From the NCBI GenBank assembly GCA_034439735.1, contig JAWXAX010000166.1:13355-77354 (forward strand): a stretch of DNA of 64,000 bases, given 5' to 3'. Below the pieces are notes generated by a model, which saw only the letters and a list, made by a program, of their open reading frames with translations, was not told the DNA's origin and did not search any database. Below, in pieces: positions 1 through 8,067 of this stretch (position 1 is the first letter of the stretch; each line of letters starts with the position of its first letter). Source of the DNA: Rhodothermales bacterium. Lineage in GTDB: Bacteria > Bacteroidota > Rhodothermia > Rhodothermales > JAHQVL01. The position numbers and the translations under genes were made by a program.

Positions 1-2648
1 GCGACGGCGAGCAGGGCGGGCCGGTGGTTACCCAGACGATGATCGACGAGGCGTCCGGCGACGGTTTCCAGCGGTGGCCGCCGAATCCGCCGGCCGGCCG
101 GGTGCATCTGATTGGCGTGGACGCCGCGGACCTCGGGCGAGGCTTCAAGGATGGGATCGATAACGACGATTCGTGCGTCGCGCCAACCGCCGCGTATCCC
201 TACCTCGGCGAGCCCGGTTCGCCGGCGGTCACCCAGGCCATGATTGATGCGGCGGCAACGGACCCGTACCGGCGCTTCCCGGTCCCCGGCACATCCGTCG
301 TGCTGTATGATGTTGGCCCGGAAGACCTCGGGAAGTGTTATGTCGATGGGGTCGACAACGATGAAGACGGCGCGATCGACGAGGGCATCGACGAAGGCAT
401 CGACGAGATGATCGACGAGAGCCGCGCGGATGGGATCGACAACGATGGCGACTGGAACCCGCTCCAGGACGACACCGGCCTGAACGGCGTGCCGTTTGAC
501 AGCGACCCGGGCGACGGCGACGGCGCCCCGACCTCCGGCGCCGGCACAGACTTCCCCGGCGAGCGCAATATCGACGTGACCGACGTCTCGGAATCCGACC
601 AGATCGGCATCACCAACGTCCAGATCATCCCGGCCTTCACGCTGAACTTCAACAGCCAGTCGGACCGGTTCCTGTTCTTCACCTTCATGATCCCGGGCGA
701 TTTCGACATCACGATCCCCGAGCCGGGCGAGAACGACATCGTCGTCACGAGCAGCCTCTTCCCGCTCAAGGCCGGCCAGACGGAGCGAATCTCGATCTCC
801 GTGCAGCTGGGGCTCAATCAGCAGCAGGTGATCGACTCGCGCGAAAAGGCGCTCCAGGCCTATCTGGAAGATTATCAGTTCGCGCAGGCCCCGATCACGC
901 CCGAACTCACGGCCGTGCCCGGCAACGGGCAGGTGACGCTGTACTGGGACAGTGATTCGGAGGAGTCGTTCGACCCCTTCCTGAACGGGCTCGGCCTCGA
1001 GGCGCGGGACTTCGAGGGGTATCGGGTCTATCGATCGACGGACCCGGCGTTTCTCGATGCGACGGTGATTACGGATGGATTCGGCAACCGCCTGCTCCGC
1101 CGACCGATCGCGCAGTTCGACAAGATCAACGGGTTCGAAGGGTTTCATCCGGTCGATGTGAACGGCGTCAAGTTCTATCTGGGCGATAATCGACAGACGG
1201 CCGGCGAAGATGCTACCGGGCTGAGCCATTCATATATCGATACCGACGTGACGAATGGCATCACGTATTATTACGCCGTGACCGCGTACGACTTCGGCGC
1301 CGTCGGGGCCAACATCCCGCCGACGGAGACCCCGGTCCGTATCCGCCGGCTCCCCGATGGCACGGTGGAGACAGGACGGAATGTGGCGCAGGTGGTGCCG
1401 AGCGCCGCGGCTGCCGGCTTTGTCGGCGCCACGTTGCTTGCGCCCGACGGGAGCGCCGTGACGAACTTGCCGCGCACGAAAGGCTTCACCTCCAGCCGCA
1501 TCCAATATGGCATCCTCGATCCACGAGCCATCAAGCCCGACCACGTCTACCGCGTCACCTTTGAGGACACGCTTAAAGTGGGCAGCAGCGCGACGCCGGA
1601 TACGCTGACGACGAAGACCTTCACTCTGATCGATGTGACCGAGAACCGGGTGCTGCTCGATCGATCGACCCGTTTCGGAGAGGGTAAGGAGTTCCCGATT
1701 TTTAGCGACGATGGGGAGGCCATCGGTTTCCAGCTCACGTTCCTACCCGAGCCGTTTATCATCTTGAACAGTACGGAAACGAGGTGGAATCGGGAGGAGA
1801 TTTATCCCATTGCCGCCGAACCCTACCTCGCCGCCGGCTTCATTCGCGGTCTGCGTAACCCCGCCGACTACCGGATCGAGGTCGTCGGCGCCGGCGAGGG
1901 GCAGTCGACGGCCGCCCAGGTGCGCCGCACCGTGTCCCTCCCGGCTCGGCCGACCAACGTAAAGGTCTTTAATACCTCGACGGGCGAGGAGGTCAAGTAC
2001 GCGTTCTGGGATCTGACGGGAGAAGACTTCCAGGGCGCCACGGCGACGACGCCGGCGACCTTCGGTACGGAGCCGACGAGTGCCGAGAGCGACCGCATCA
2101 TCGTCATCGAGCCGGCCGTCGGCGACGCGAGCCAGACGGATATCGTGACCTGGATGTTCAGCCTCAACTTTGTACTGCGGGACCGGCAGAACCCGCAGGC
2201 CGGCGATGCGATCGACATCAAGATCCGCAAGCCGTTCCTCGCCTCGGACGAGTTTGAGTTCGTCACACGAGAGCCCAGGATCGATACCGAACTGGCGAGC
2301 GCGCAGTTGGACGATATCCGTGTCGTCCCCAACCCGTACGTTGTCACGAACTCGTTCGAACCGCTCAATCCATTTGCGACCGGGCGCGGGCCGCGGGTCA
2401 TCCAGTTTATCAACCTGCCGCCCCAGTGCACGATTCGCATCTTCACCGTCGGCGGTAAACTCGTGCGCACCATCGAGCACAACACCGGAGCGAACCAGAG
2501 CCTCACGCCGGCCGATCTGATGAATGGCATCGCCGAGTGGGACCTCGAGAGCGACGACAATCTCTCCATCGCCTACGGCATCTACCTCTACCACATTGAA
2601 GCACCCGGCATCGGCGAACACGAGGGCACCTTCGCCATCATTAAATAA
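1..2648 (+). CDS. Large secreted protein, 5'-partial (continues upstream of window). Has Asp-rich Ca-binding-type repeats and a T9SS/FlgD-Ig-like C-terminal domain
   Basis: The ORF track gives 24..2648, but the frame is open back to nt 3. The module 'GPVVTQTMIDEA...GFKDGIDNDD' recurs as 'GSPAVTQAMIDAA...CYVDGVDNDEDG', so the gene starts upstream of the window. It has DxDxDG-like runs (VDNDEDGAIDEGIDEGIDEMIDE, GIDNDGDWNP). The C-terminus 'VVPNPYV...CTIRIFTVGGKLVRTIEH...GIYLYHIEAPG' resembles a Bacteroidota C-terminal sorting / FlgD-like Ig domain. Confidence 0.8.
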   Translation, partial: DGEQGGPVVTQTMIDEASGDGFQRWPPNPPAGRVHLIGVDAADLGRGFKDGIDNDDSCVAPTAAYPYLGEPGSPAVTQAMIDAAATDPYRRFPVPGTSVVLYDVGPEDLGKCYVDGVDNDEDGAIDEGIDEGIDEMIDESRADGIDNDGDWNPLQDDTGLNGVPFDSDPGDGDGAPTSGAGTDFPGERNIDVTDVSESDQIGITNVQIIPAFTLNFNSQSDRFLFFTFMIPGDFDITIPEPGENDIVVTSSLFPLKAGQTERISISVQLGLNQQQVIDSREKALQAYLEDYQFAQAPITPELTAVPGNGQVTLYWDSDSEESFDPFLNGLGLEARDFEGYRVYRSTDPAFLDATVITDGFGNRLLRRPIAQFDKINGFEGFHPVDVNGVKFYLGDNRQTAGEDATGLSHSYIDTDVTNGITYYYAVTAYDFGAVGANIPPTETPVRIRRLPDGTVETGRNVAQVVPSAAAAGFVGATLLAPDGSAVTNLPRTKGFTSSRIQYGILDPRAIKPDHVYRVTFEDTLKVGSSATPDTLTTKTFTLIDVTENRVLLDRSTRFGEGKEFPIFSDDGEAIGFQLTFLPEPFIILNSTETRWNREEIYPIAAEPYLAAGFIRGLRNPADYRIEVVGAGEGQSTAAQVRRTVSLPARPTNVKVFNTSTGEEVKYAFWDLTGEDFQGATATTPATFGTEPTSAESDRIIVIEPAVGDASQTDIVTWMFSLNFVLRDRQNPQAGDAIDIKIRKPFLASDEFEFVTREPRIDTELASAQLDDIRVVPNPYVVTNSFEPLNPFATGRGPRVIQFINLPPQCTIRIFTVGGKLVRTIEHNTGANQSLTPADLMNGIAEWDLESDDNLSIAYGIYLYHIEAPGIGEHEGTFAIIK
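375..422 (+). repeat. In-frame 12-bp tandem repeat x4 (ATCGACGAnnnn) encoding IDEG-IDEG-IDEM-IDES
   Basis: Read directly from the sequence: atcgacgagggc (375-386), atcgacgaaggc (387-398), atcgacgagatg (399-410), atcgacgagagc (411-422). Confidence 0.9.
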
Positions 2649-2697
2649 TGCGAATCAGGAGTTGGGCTATGTCTACGATCCCCTCCTCGTCCTTTGA

Positions 2698-3741
2698 ATG
2701 ATACCTATGCAACCAATTAGACTCGGCCTTGCCCTGCTGCTCGCCCTCGTGGCGACGCCGGCCTACGCGCAGTTCGAAAGCCTCACGCGCGCCGTCACCA
2801 AGCGGGGCACCACGGCGGCCGACTTCCTGTCCATCCCGGTGGGAGCGCGGGCGACGGCGATGGGGAACGCGATCACGGCATCGGTCGACGACGCTACATC
2901 GATTTATTGGAACCCGGCGGGCCTCGCCGGCATCGATAAAGGCGCCGTCACCCTCGAATACGCCGACTGGCTCGTGGGGCTGGACTTCAACTTTCTCTCC
3001 GTCGCCCTTCCGATGGGCAACGGCGCCATCGGGATCGGGTTGACGTCGATGCGCACGCCGGACATGGAGGTGACGACGGTCGACCAGCAAAACGGCACCG
3101 GCGAGACGTTCACCGCCGGCTCCTACGCGCTGGCGCTAAGTTACGCACGCGATCTCACCGATCGGTTTTCCGTCGGCGGCTCCGTCAAGGTCGTCAACGA
3201 ACGCATCTGGAATTCGAGCGCGAGCGGCGTCGCCATCGATGTCGGCACCCTGTTCATCACACCGTTCCGCGGCATCCGGCTGGGAGCATCCATCACCAAT
3301 TTCGGTAGCAAGATGCAACTCAGCGGCGACGACCTGCTGGTGGTGGTGGATATCGACCCCAACAACGGCGGCAATAACGAAAGCAACCGGGCGCTCCTGC
3401 GGACCGACGCGTACGACATGCCGCTGACGATGCGGATCGGCCTCGCCGGCGAAGTGTTCTCAAACGACATGAGCCGGCTCACCCTCGCCGTCGACGCCCT
3501 CAACCCGAACAACAGCGAACAATACATCAACCTTGGCGCAGAACTCGGCCTCTTTAACGACCTGGTGATGCTCCGCGGCGGCTACAGCGAACTCCTGCTC
3601 GACGATGCCCTGCGCTCGTTCACCGCCGGCGGCGGCCTGCGCTACGGCTTCGGCAGCCTCGGGTTCGCGCTCGATTACGCGTTCGAGACGCAGGCGTATT
3701 TCTCGGGCGTCAACCGATTTACCTTCGCTCTGCAGTTTTAA
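2698..3741 (+). CDS. PorV/PorQ-family outer-membrane beta-barrel (T9SS-associated)
   Basis: Signal peptide 'LLLALVATPAYAQ'. Family-typical N-terminal stretch 'AADFLSIPVGARATAMGNAITASVDDATSIYWNPAGLAGI'. Beta-barrel-like alternating pattern ending in aromatic '...FTFALQF'. It lies 49 nt after and 38 nt before T9SS cargo genes. An alternative ATG is at 2707. Confidence 0.8.
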   Translation: MIPMQPIRLGLALLLALVATPAYAQFESLTRAVTKRGTTAADFLSIPVGARATAMGNAITASVDDATSIYWNPAGLAGIDKGAVTLEYADWLVGLDFNFLSVALPMGNGAIGIGLTSMRTPDMEVTTVDQQNGTGETFTAGSYALALSYARDLTDRFSVGGSVKVVNERIWNSSASGVAIDVGTLFITPFRGIRLGASITNFGSKMQLSGDDLLVVVDIDPNNGGNNESNRALLRTDAYDMPLTMRIGLAGEVFSNDMSRLTLAVDALNPNNSEQYINLGAELGLFNDLVMLRGGYSELLLDDALRSFTAGGGLRYGFGSLGFALDYAFETQAYFSGVNRFTFALQF

Positions 3742-3779
3742 CTAGACCCTAACCACAACAACCAAACATCCCTAACCTC

Positions 3780-5834
3780 ATGCAATCCTTTACCAAATAC
3801 GTCATCCCCCGGCTGGCGCTCCTGCTTCTGGCGGTGGGCCTGACCAGCACGGCCGAAGCGCAGCGTACCGTTACGCTACGGCTAAACACGGCGACACTTC
3901 CAGATACGACCTCCATTGAGTCGCTCATGGAAGTACGCGGCGCGTTTACAGCTACGCCTCCCGATACGCTTCCCGATGGCAACATCATCAATTGGGGCCC
4001 TGAATCGACCCTTGAACCAGCCAATGTCGGAGGCGATTACTGGGAAGTCAGCTTCCAACTCGCCGACACGGCTGCACTCGCCTTTAAGTACTTCTCCGAA
4101 CAGGCGGACACCGGCGGCTCGGGTATTGGCGGTTGGGAAGACGGCGGCGACCATCAACTCGCAGCGGGCGTCGGCGACACGACGTTCACACTCCATTATT
4201 ACGAGAAGGGCGCCGATAAAGCGTACGATTGGAGTCCCTTCGAAAGCAAGGAAGATTCGGTGGGGATCTGGTTTCGCGTATTTATGAACACCGAAGCCGC
4301 GTTTGTTGGAGACGTCACGTACGACCGCTCGGAAACGCCCACGCAGCAGATCGGTGTTCGTGGGGACGGTTTGGGCGGCGCCAGCCAATTGAGCTGGGAT
4401 GCAACGCTGGTCACGCTCACGCGGGAAGCCAGCGAGAATTCGCGGCCAGGGTACGACCTCTTTTCCGGCGTTGCCTACTACCCGGCTTCAGCGGCGGGAA
4501 CGACTCAGCCGTACAAATTCGTGATGCAGGATGGCGCCAGCGTAGGCTGGGAAAGCAGTGCGGACCGCACGTTCTCCATCCCCGCAAGCGATAGCACGTT
4601 GCACTGGGTCTATTTCAGCAACTCCAAGCCGGCGGCCGGCGCGGAACTGGTCACGTCCACGATCATCGCGGCCGTGGACTTGTCACCTCTTCAAGCGATC
4701 GGCATCTATGACCCGGCGCGCGGAGATACGCTCCAGATCCGGGGCGGGTTTAACGGGTGGGGATGCGCGAACCCAACGATCTGCTTGCTGCAGGACGTGC
4801 CCGGCGAGGATGTATTCGAGGTAGCCATCCCGGTCACTCAATTCCCGAATTCGCCCAATTCCTACAAATACTACATCGATTTTAATAACGCGGAGTTTCT
4901 GGCCGCATTCGGGAAACGGCCGGTTGCCGGTTGGGAAGAGCCGATTTCCACGACGGGAGCGGATCGCTCCTTTACCTTCCTCGGAACAAGCCCGGAGCAG
5001 GATCTGGGCGTTCAATTCTTCAACGATATCCTCCCGGGGAATATCATCGAGGATAACACCAGCATCGATGTCACCTTCCAGGTCCGGATGGACTCGGCGC
5101 TCGTCAACGAGGCTACGCCATTTGTGCCTGCCGTAGACTCGGTGACCATCGAATTCGGCGACCCGATCTGGGCGTTCACGCAGGGTCTCCCGAGCGAAAC
5201 GGTCTGGAATGACTCGGCGCAAGACTCGGTGTCCGCTTATCCGGCAACGCTCAGCCTGCAGTCGATCGTACTGAAAGACGAAGACCTGGACGGTCTCTAC
5301 ACGGGTACGATGACGGTCAACGGCCCTACGTTCTCCGCCATCCAGTACAAGTACGCCTATGGTAACTCGGCGACTCTGTTCACGGAGCCGGGCGGCAGCA
5401 CCTCCGGCCTCGGCCGCCGGCGCACGCGATTCATCACGCCGAATGTCGACGGCTCATGGCCGACGGAGTGGACCTTCCCCGAGGAAACGTTCCTCGTAAC
5501 GGGTCTGCTGCCGTTCGAGACCAACCCGGCCACGTCGGTTGCCATCGAACGCGCTAACGACGAGCTGCCCACGCGGATCGCCCTCGAAGCCAACTACCCG
5601 AACCCCTTCAACCCGGTCACCACGATCGAATACAGCATCGCGACGACCGAACATGTGAAGCTTCAGGTATTCGATCTCACCGGTCGCCTCGTCGCCACGC
5701 TGGTCGATTCTGTCCAGCCGGCCGCGAACTACCGCGTCGGGTTCGAGGCACAAGACCTCGCCAGCGGCATGTACCTCTACCGCCTGCAGTCCGCCAACAC
5801 CACCATCACCCGCAAGATGGTGCTGTTGAAGTAA
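3780..5834 (+). CDS. Secreted multi-module (CBM20/CBM48/E-set-like) protein with a type-A T9SS C-terminal domain; candidate glucan-binding surface protein
   Basis: Signal peptide 'LLLLAVGLTSTAEAQ'. Repeated beta-sandwich-like modules each end in an aromatic YK motif ('ALAFKYF', 'TQPYKFVM', 'LQIRGGFNGWG...NSYKYYI', 'AIQYKYAYG'). CTD 'NYPNPFNPVTTIEYSI...VKLQVFDLTGRLVATLVD...GMYLYRLQS...RKMVLLK'. Confidence 0.85.
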   Translation: MQSFTKYVIPRLALLLLAVGLTSTAEAQRTVTLRLNTATLPDTTSIESLMEVRGAFTATPPDTLPDGNIINWGPESTLEPANVGGDYWEVSFQLADTAALAFKYFSEQADTGGSGIGGWEDGGDHQLAAGVGDTTFTLHYYEKGADKAYDWSPFESKEDSVGIWFRVFMNTEAAFVGDVTYDRSETPTQQIGVRGDGLGGASQLSWDATLVTLTREASENSRPGYDLFSGVAYYPASAAGTTQPYKFVMQDGASVGWESSADRTFSIPASDSTLHWVYFSNSKPAAGAELVTSTIIAAVDLSPLQAIGIYDPARGDTLQIRGGFNGWGCANPTICLLQDVPGEDVFEVAIPVTQFPNSPNSYKYYIDFNNAEFLAAFGKRPVAGWEEPISTTGADRSFTFLGTSPEQDLGVQFFNDILPGNIIEDNTSIDVTFQVRMDSALVNEATPFVPAVDSVTIEFGDPIWAFTQGLPSETVWNDSAQDSVSAYPATLSLQSIVLKDEDLDGLYTGTMTVNGPTFSAIQYKYAYGNSATLFTEPGGSTSGLGRRRTRFITPNVDGSWPTEWTFPEETFLVTGLLPFETNPATSVAIERANDELPTRIALEANYPNPFNPVTTIEYSIATTEHVKLQVFDLTGRLVATLVDSVQPAANYRVGFEAQDLASGMYLYRLQSANTTITRKMVLLK

Positions 5835-5845
5835 AGTGCCTGTCT

Positions 5846-5972
5846 GTCATCTCGACCGAAGGCCCGATGGATCGGGCCGCAGTGGAGAGACCTCCCGGTG
5901 CATGGCGGTGCCATTTGTCAGGAGGTCTCTCCGCTTCAACGCCGGCAAGCCGGCGTTTCCGGTCGAGATGAC
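5846..5972 (+). repeat. 127-nt closed multi-hairpin (cloverleaf-like) palindromic element in the 3' UTR
   Basis: Outer 13-bp perfect stem GTCATCTCGACCG (5846-5858) / CGGTCGAGATGAC (5960-5972). Inner hairpins: GGCCCGAT-GG-ATCGGGCC (5861-5878); GGAGAGACCTCC (5884-5895) / GGAGGTCTCTCC (5921-5932) containing ATGGC-GGT-GCCAT (5902-5914); and CGCCGGC-AA-GCCGGCG (5940-5955). Confidence 0.75.
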
Positions 5973-5982
5973 ATGATTACGA

Positions 5983-6016
5983 GGGGCGGCCGGCAACCTG
6001 GCCGCCCCTTTTTTTT
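5983..6016 (+). terminator. Rho-independent terminator
   Basis: Stem GGGGCGGCC (5983-5991), loop GGCAACCT, stem GGCCGCCCC (6000-6008), followed by T8 (6009-6016). Confidence 0.8.
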
Positions 6017-6030
6017 AATCCCCCACTCCG

Positions 6031-7758
6031 ATGATAACGCACCTGCCATGCTGGGTCGCCGTGCTCCTCGTCGTCAACTCGGCAAGCGCCCAGTCCATTC
6101 AATTCGAGCCTGCCCCGGCCAACCTCGCGACGGGCGGCCCGGCCTACGGCGTCGCGGTCGCCGACTATGACGGCGACGGCCAGGACGATCTCTACATCGC
6201 GGCCCTCCAGGGCGGCTCGAAGCTCTTTCGTACTACCGGTAACTGGACGTTCGAAGACGTCACCACATCCGCCGGCGTGACGGTCGCCGGCGAAGCCGTC
6301 AACCCCCTCTGGGGAGATATCGATAACGACGGCCATCCCGATCTTTTTGTGGGCGTCCGATCCTACTCGGGCAAATCCAGCAAACTCTTCCTCAACAGGG
6401 GAGATGGCACTTTCGCCGACATCACCGTCGCGAGCGGCATCGATACCACACTGATCGTGGGCACGGCGGCCTTTGGCGATTACGACGGGGACGGCCGGCT
6501 CGATCTGTTCGTCGCCACCCGCGACTCCTACGACCGGCTGTACCGAAATACGGGCGAAAATGGGCCGCTGTTCGAAGACGTCGCCGGCGAAGTCAACGTC
6601 CTCGGTTTCCCGCAGTCGATCGCCATGCAGGCGACCTGGACCGACTACGACCAGGACGGCATGCTCGATCTCTTCGCCGTCCACGACGGCAATCTCGTCA
6701 GCCGGCTCTATCGCCAGACCAACGGGCATCCGCGCTTTCAGCACCAGATCGGCACGACCGGCCTCGCGGTCTCTCGCAGCGCCATGGGCGTCGCCTGGGG
6801 CGATTACGACAACGACGGTTGGGACGACGTCTACGTCACGAACATTGCGGAAGCCAATCTCTTCCGAAACCGGGGGGATGGAACGTTCGAGGATGTCACG
6901 GCGGCCTCCGGTGCCGGCCGCAACGGCATGGCGTGGGGCACGGTCTTCGCAGATTTCGATAACGATGGCGATCTGGATCTCTTCGCCGGCAATACCTTCG
7001 GCTACGATGCGTCGCCGGCCATGCTGTACGAAAACGAGGGCGGGATTTTTACGGATCGAGCGGCAGCCGCCGGCGCGGCGCTTCGGGTCAACGTGTTCGG
7101 CGTTGCCACGGGCGATTTCGATCAGGACGGCCGAATCGATCTCGTGGTCGCCAATGAAGGGGGACAAAATGCCCTGCTCTTAAATAAAACCGCCCCCGCC
7201 GGCGCGTGGCTCCAGCTGCACCTGATCGGCGAGACGGCCAACCACATGGCCATCGGCGCCAGGATCCGGGTTGTCGCCGCTGGCGTCGGGCATCAACGCA
7301 CGGTGGATGGCGGGAGCAGTTACGCCTCGCAGTCCAGCCCCACGCTCCACGTCGGCCTCGGCGAGGCCGATCGCGTCGATACGCTCCAGGTGATCTGGAC
7401 CGATGGGAGCGTGCAGACGCTTACCGATCTGCCGGCGAACACACGGTACACCCTCGCTCAAGGCGGTGCGGTGAACGTGAGCGCCGAGCGGGAGTCGACC
7501 GCGACGTTCGCCCTCTCCCTGTACCCGAACCCGGTAGTTGACCGTGCGACGCTTACCTTCTCGTTGGACAAATCTGCTCCGGTGACGGTCGAGCTGGTGG
7601 ATGTCCTCGGCCGCCGGCTCCGCACGTGGTCGCCCGGGACCCTGTCCGCCGGCGCACACCAGATCGCCATCGACCGTGCCGGTTTGCCGGCCGGAGTGTA
7701 CCTGATTCGATGGCGCGCGGGAGCATCGACGGTGACGCGAACGGTGCTGATTGTGTAG
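6031..7758 (+). CDS. CRTAC1-family FG-GAP/VCBS repeat protein with ASPIC/UnbV domain and T9SS C-terminal domain
   Basis: Seven 'D(Y/F/I)DxDGxxDL(F/Y)(V/I)' blades (DYDGDGQDDLYIA, DIDNDGHPDLFVG, DYDGDGRLDLFVA, DYDQDGMLDLFAV, DYDNDGWDDVYVT, DFDNDGDLDLFAG, DFDQDGRIDLVVA). ASPIC/UnbV-like 'VDGGSSYASQSSPTLHVGLGEADRVDTLQVIWTDGSVQTL'. CTD 'LYPNPVVDRATLTFSL...VELVDVLGRRL...GVYLIRWRA'. Confidence 0.9.
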   Translation: MITHLPCWVAVLLVVNSASAQSIQFEPAPANLATGGPAYGVAVADYDGDGQDDLYIAALQGGSKLFRTTGNWTFEDVTTSAGVTVAGEAVNPLWGDIDNDGHPDLFVGVRSYSGKSSKLFLNRGDGTFADITVASGIDTTLIVGTAAFGDYDGDGRLDLFVATRDSYDRLYRNTGENGPLFEDVAGEVNVLGFPQSIAMQATWTDYDQDGMLDLFAVHDGNLVSRLYRQTNGHPRFQHQIGTTGLAVSRSAMGVAWGDYDNDGWDDVYVTNIAEANLFRNRGDGTFEDVTAASGAGRNGMAWGTVFADFDNDGDLDLFAGNTFGYDASPAMLYENEGGIFTDRAAAAGAALRVNVFGVATGDFDQDGRIDLVVANEGGQNALLLNKTAPAGAWLQLHLIGETANHMAIGARIRVVAAGVGHQRTVDGGSSYASQSSPTLHVGLGEADRVDTLQVIWTDGSVQTLTDLPANTRYTLAQGGAVNVSAERESTATFALSLYPNPVVDRATLTFSLDKSAPVTVELVDVLGRRLRTWSPGTLSAGAHQIAIDRAGLPAGVYLIRWRAGASTVTRTVLIV

Positions 7759-7789
7759 CGTGAGTCTGCTACCTCATCTATTTCAGCAC

Positions 7790-7911
7790 CGTCATCCTCG
7801 ACCCCGATCGGGGATCCATACGAGCTTCACAATTTGCATAATGTCGCTATTGGAACCGCAAGCGAGGTATTCTCATGCCTCCTATGGGTCCCCGCGTACG
7901 CGGGGATGACG
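7790..7911 (+). repeat. Second, diverged copy of the GTCATC...GATGAC palindromic element architecture
   Basis: Outer stem CGTCATCC (7790-7797) / GGATGACG (7904-7911). Left inner palindrome CCCCGATCGGGG (7802-7813) and right inner palindrome CCCCGCGTACGCGGGG (7890-7905), with an A/T-richer core between. The left end 'GTCATCCTCGACC' matches element 1's 'GTCATCTCGACC'. Confidence 0.6.
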
Positions 7912-8067
7912 ATGAAGGAGACGACGAATCAACGTTTGAGTTCGGTAGAACTTTGTTACGTTTGGGTTGACTGCATCTCTATGATGCCCGACATATATCA
8001 TGTCCCGAAAGAGGGCCCATTGAGGTATAATCAGTAAGCCGGACGACCCGGTGTAAACGATAATTCC

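Noticed and set aside
5846-5972. Cloverleaf element as a tRNA or tRNA-like gene
   Set aside because: The outer stem is 13 bp rather than 7, and the arm lengths are wrong. There is no GTTCRANYC T-loop or conserved D-loop, and no anticodon-loop geometry. It is kept as a repeat/structured element instead.
5977-7167. 396-aa ORF on the minus strand, antisense to the CRTAC1-like gene
   Set aside because: It mirrors a plus-strand ORF with seven clean FG-GAP blades, an ASPIC domain and a T9SS CTD. Its own translation is Arg/Gly/Ala/Asp-rich with no motif. This is the typical stop-poor antisense frame of GC-rich DNA.
7834-8037. 67-aa ORF inside the 309-bp intergenic region after the CRTAC1-like gene
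   Set aside because: It runs through the right arm of the palindromic element and A/T-rich spacer. It has atypical composition and no motif, so it is more likely non-coding.
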